From positions 1,376,001 through 1,440,000 of the forward strand of contig CAXVYR010000004.1 of NCBI GenBank assembly GCA_963666975.2: a stretch of 64,000 nucleotides of DNA. Direction: 5' to 3'. The notes below the pieces were generated by a model. The model saw nothing but the letters and a program-made list of their open reading frames with translations, did no database searches and had not been told where the DNA came from. The translations under genes and the position numbers were made by a program. Below, piece after piece: positions 62,409-64,000 of the stretch. The number at the start of each line of letters is the position of its first letter. Within the stretch, counting starts at the first letter, position 1. Origin of the DNA: Terriglobia bacterium. Lineage in GTDB: Bacteria; Acidobacteriota; Terriglobia; 2-12-FULL-54-10.

Positions 62409-63581
62409 ATGAAAAGATTAGGTATTCTTGGTTCGACGGGTTCCATTGGCCGCAATTGCTTGAGTGTCATTGAGGAGTTGCCGGAGCAGTTCCGGGTGGT
62501 GAGTCTCACGGCCGGTGAGAACGTCAACCTGATGGCAGAGCAGGTGATGGCGGTGCGTCCGGACTTCGTCTCCATGGCGCACGAGAAGGCGGCCAACTGT
62601 CTGCGAAAGCGGCTCAAGCAGGCGGCCTGCCACCCTCTTCCCGAGATCGCCCATGGCCCGGAGGGAATGAAGCAAGCAAGCACTCTGGCCGAAGTCGACT
62701 TGGTGATCTCCTCCACGGTAGGAGTCTTCGGTTTGCCGGCCACCTATGCTGCTTTGCTATCGGGCAAGCAGGTAGCCCTGGCGAATAAGGAAGTGCTGGT
62801 GTCGGCCGGCAAGTTGGTTACCTCCGCAGCCAAGGAACGTAATTTAGAGTTGCTGCCCGTGGACAGCGAGCACAACGGGGTTCATCAGTGTTTGCGTGCC
62901 GGACGAAGAGAAGAGGCGTGCCGGTTGGTTCTCACGGCCTCCGGCGGACCGTTCCTCCATACCCCGCTCGAACAATTGCCGGCCATGAGCGTGGAAAGGG
63001 CGCTCGATCACCCTACTTGGAAGATGGGAAACCGGATCACGATCGACTCGGCCACTATGATGAATAAAGGTTTTGAGGTGATCGAGGCTTGCTGGCTGTT
63101 CGGCTTTTCCCCGCAGCAGGTGCAGGTGAAAATCCATCCGCAATCGACCGTACATTCCTTGGTGGAGTTTGTCGACGGGTCCATCCTGGCGCAGCTTTCC
63201 TCAACCGATATGAAGATTCCCATACAATATGCGTTATCCTATCCGAAGCGAGTTGCATCCAATCACCATGCTTTTGATTGGGGGAGTTTGAGCGTGCTGC
63301 AGTTTTCCGAGCCCGACACGAAACGGTTTCCCTGCCTGCGGCTGGCTTATCAGGCGATGGAACAGGGCGATTCCTATCCGTGCGCGCTGAATGCTGCAGA
63401 CGAAGTGGCGGTAGCAGCCTTTCTGGAGCGACAGATTCCCTTTGGAGCGATCTCCCGCATTGTCGGGGACGTGCTGCAAACCGTCGCTCCCCGGCAATTC
63501 TCCGGCATCGAGGATGTGCTGGACCATGACCAACTTTCCCGGGCACGCGCCCGGGAGATGCTTTCCCGTTACAGGAATTAG
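62409..63581 (+). CDS. dxr: 1-deoxy-D-xylulose-5-phosphate reductoisomerase
   Basis: LGSTGSIG, ANKE, PVDSEH, WKMG.RITIDSATMMNK. Confidence 0.97.
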   Translation: MKRLGILGSTGSIGRNCLSVIEELPEQFRVVSLTAGENVNLMAEQVMAVRPDFVSMAHEKAANCLRKRLKQAACHPLPEIAHGPEGMKQASTLAEVDLVISSTVGVFGLPATYAALLSGKQVALANKEVLVSAGKLVTSAAKERNLELLPVDSEHNGVHQCLRAGRREEACRLVLTASGGPFLHTPLEQLPAMSVERALDHPTWKMGNRITIDSATMMNKGFEVIEACWLFGFSPQQVQVKIHPQSTVHSLVEFVDGSILAQLSSTDMKIPIQYALSYPKRVASNHHAFDWGSLSVLQFSEPDTKRFPCLRLAYQAMEQGDSYPCALNAADEVAVAAFLERQIPFGAISRIVGDVLQTVAPRQFSGIEDVLDHDQLSRARAREMLSRYRN

Positions 63582-63595
63582 GAGTTTTTGATTTT

Positions 63596-64000
63596 ATGCT
63601 GTACGTAGCTATCACCAACGTGCTGGCCGTGATCTTGGTTCTGGGCGTCATGATCCTGATTCACGAGTTGGGCCACTTTCTGGCGGCCAAGTATTTTGGC
63701 ATTCGCGTGCATGTGTTTTCTTTCGGGTTCGGGCCGCGTCTGTTCGGCATTAAATACGGAGACACCGATTACCGTGTCTGCCTCCTGCCGCTGGGGGGGT
63801 ATGTAAAAATGGCCGGGGAAAACGTCGGCGACACGGTCAGCGGAGATGTTGACGAGTTTCTCTCTAAGCCCCGCTGGCAACGCTTTATAGTGGCCGTGAT
63901 GGGGCCCGCCATGAACATCTTTCTGGCCATCTTCCTATTGACGGGCCTGTTCATGTACCGCTATCAGATCCCCGCTTACCAGGAGGGCCCTGCGATCATT
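63596..64000 (+). CDS. rseP: RIP metalloprotease RseP (3'-truncated, absent from ORF track)
   Basis: IHELGHF, FSFGFGP, PLGGYVKMAGE, GPAMN; follows dxr. Confidence 0.95.
   Translation, partial: MLYVAITNVLAVILVLGVMILIHELGHFLAAKYFGIRVHVFSFGFGPRLFGIKYGDTDYRVCLLPLGGYVKMAGENVGDTVSGDVDEFLSKPRWQRFIVAVMGPAMNIFLAIFLLTGLFMYRYQIPAYQEGPAII

Overview
GC-rich bacterial chromosome segment. Gene content and repeat families suggest Acidobacteriota (inference). The backbone is housekeeping genes, mostly on the + strand: gyrA (partial), larE, purS, glmS, pyrE, gltX, rlmB, hbd/crt, ribH-nusB, gcvT-H-PA-PB, tcuAB, aceE, otsA and uppS-cdsA-dxr-rseP. Small accessory inserts are interleaved: DarTG, a Fic module, four type II toxin-antitoxin loci that all have a destroyed toxin and an intact antitoxin, REP/MITE-like repeats and several genes damaged by short duplications. 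The main candidates for a second look are: (1) a membrane-anchored PCYCGC-family protein whose in-frame TGA sits in a UxxC motif followed by a SECIS-like hairpin, a probable selenoprotein that the ORF track truncates; (2) a three-gene operon of a metal-binding cupin, a His-deficient paralogous cupin and a Cdc48/p97-like ATPase with a degenerate D2 Walker B; (3) a synonymously diverged duplicate of the glmS 3' end enclosing a hicBA remnant; (4) a REP-like element that carries a candidate outward-facing sigma70 promoter. I saw no rRNA, tRNA, CRISPR array, transposase or integrase. All calls come from motif reading, and no searches were run.
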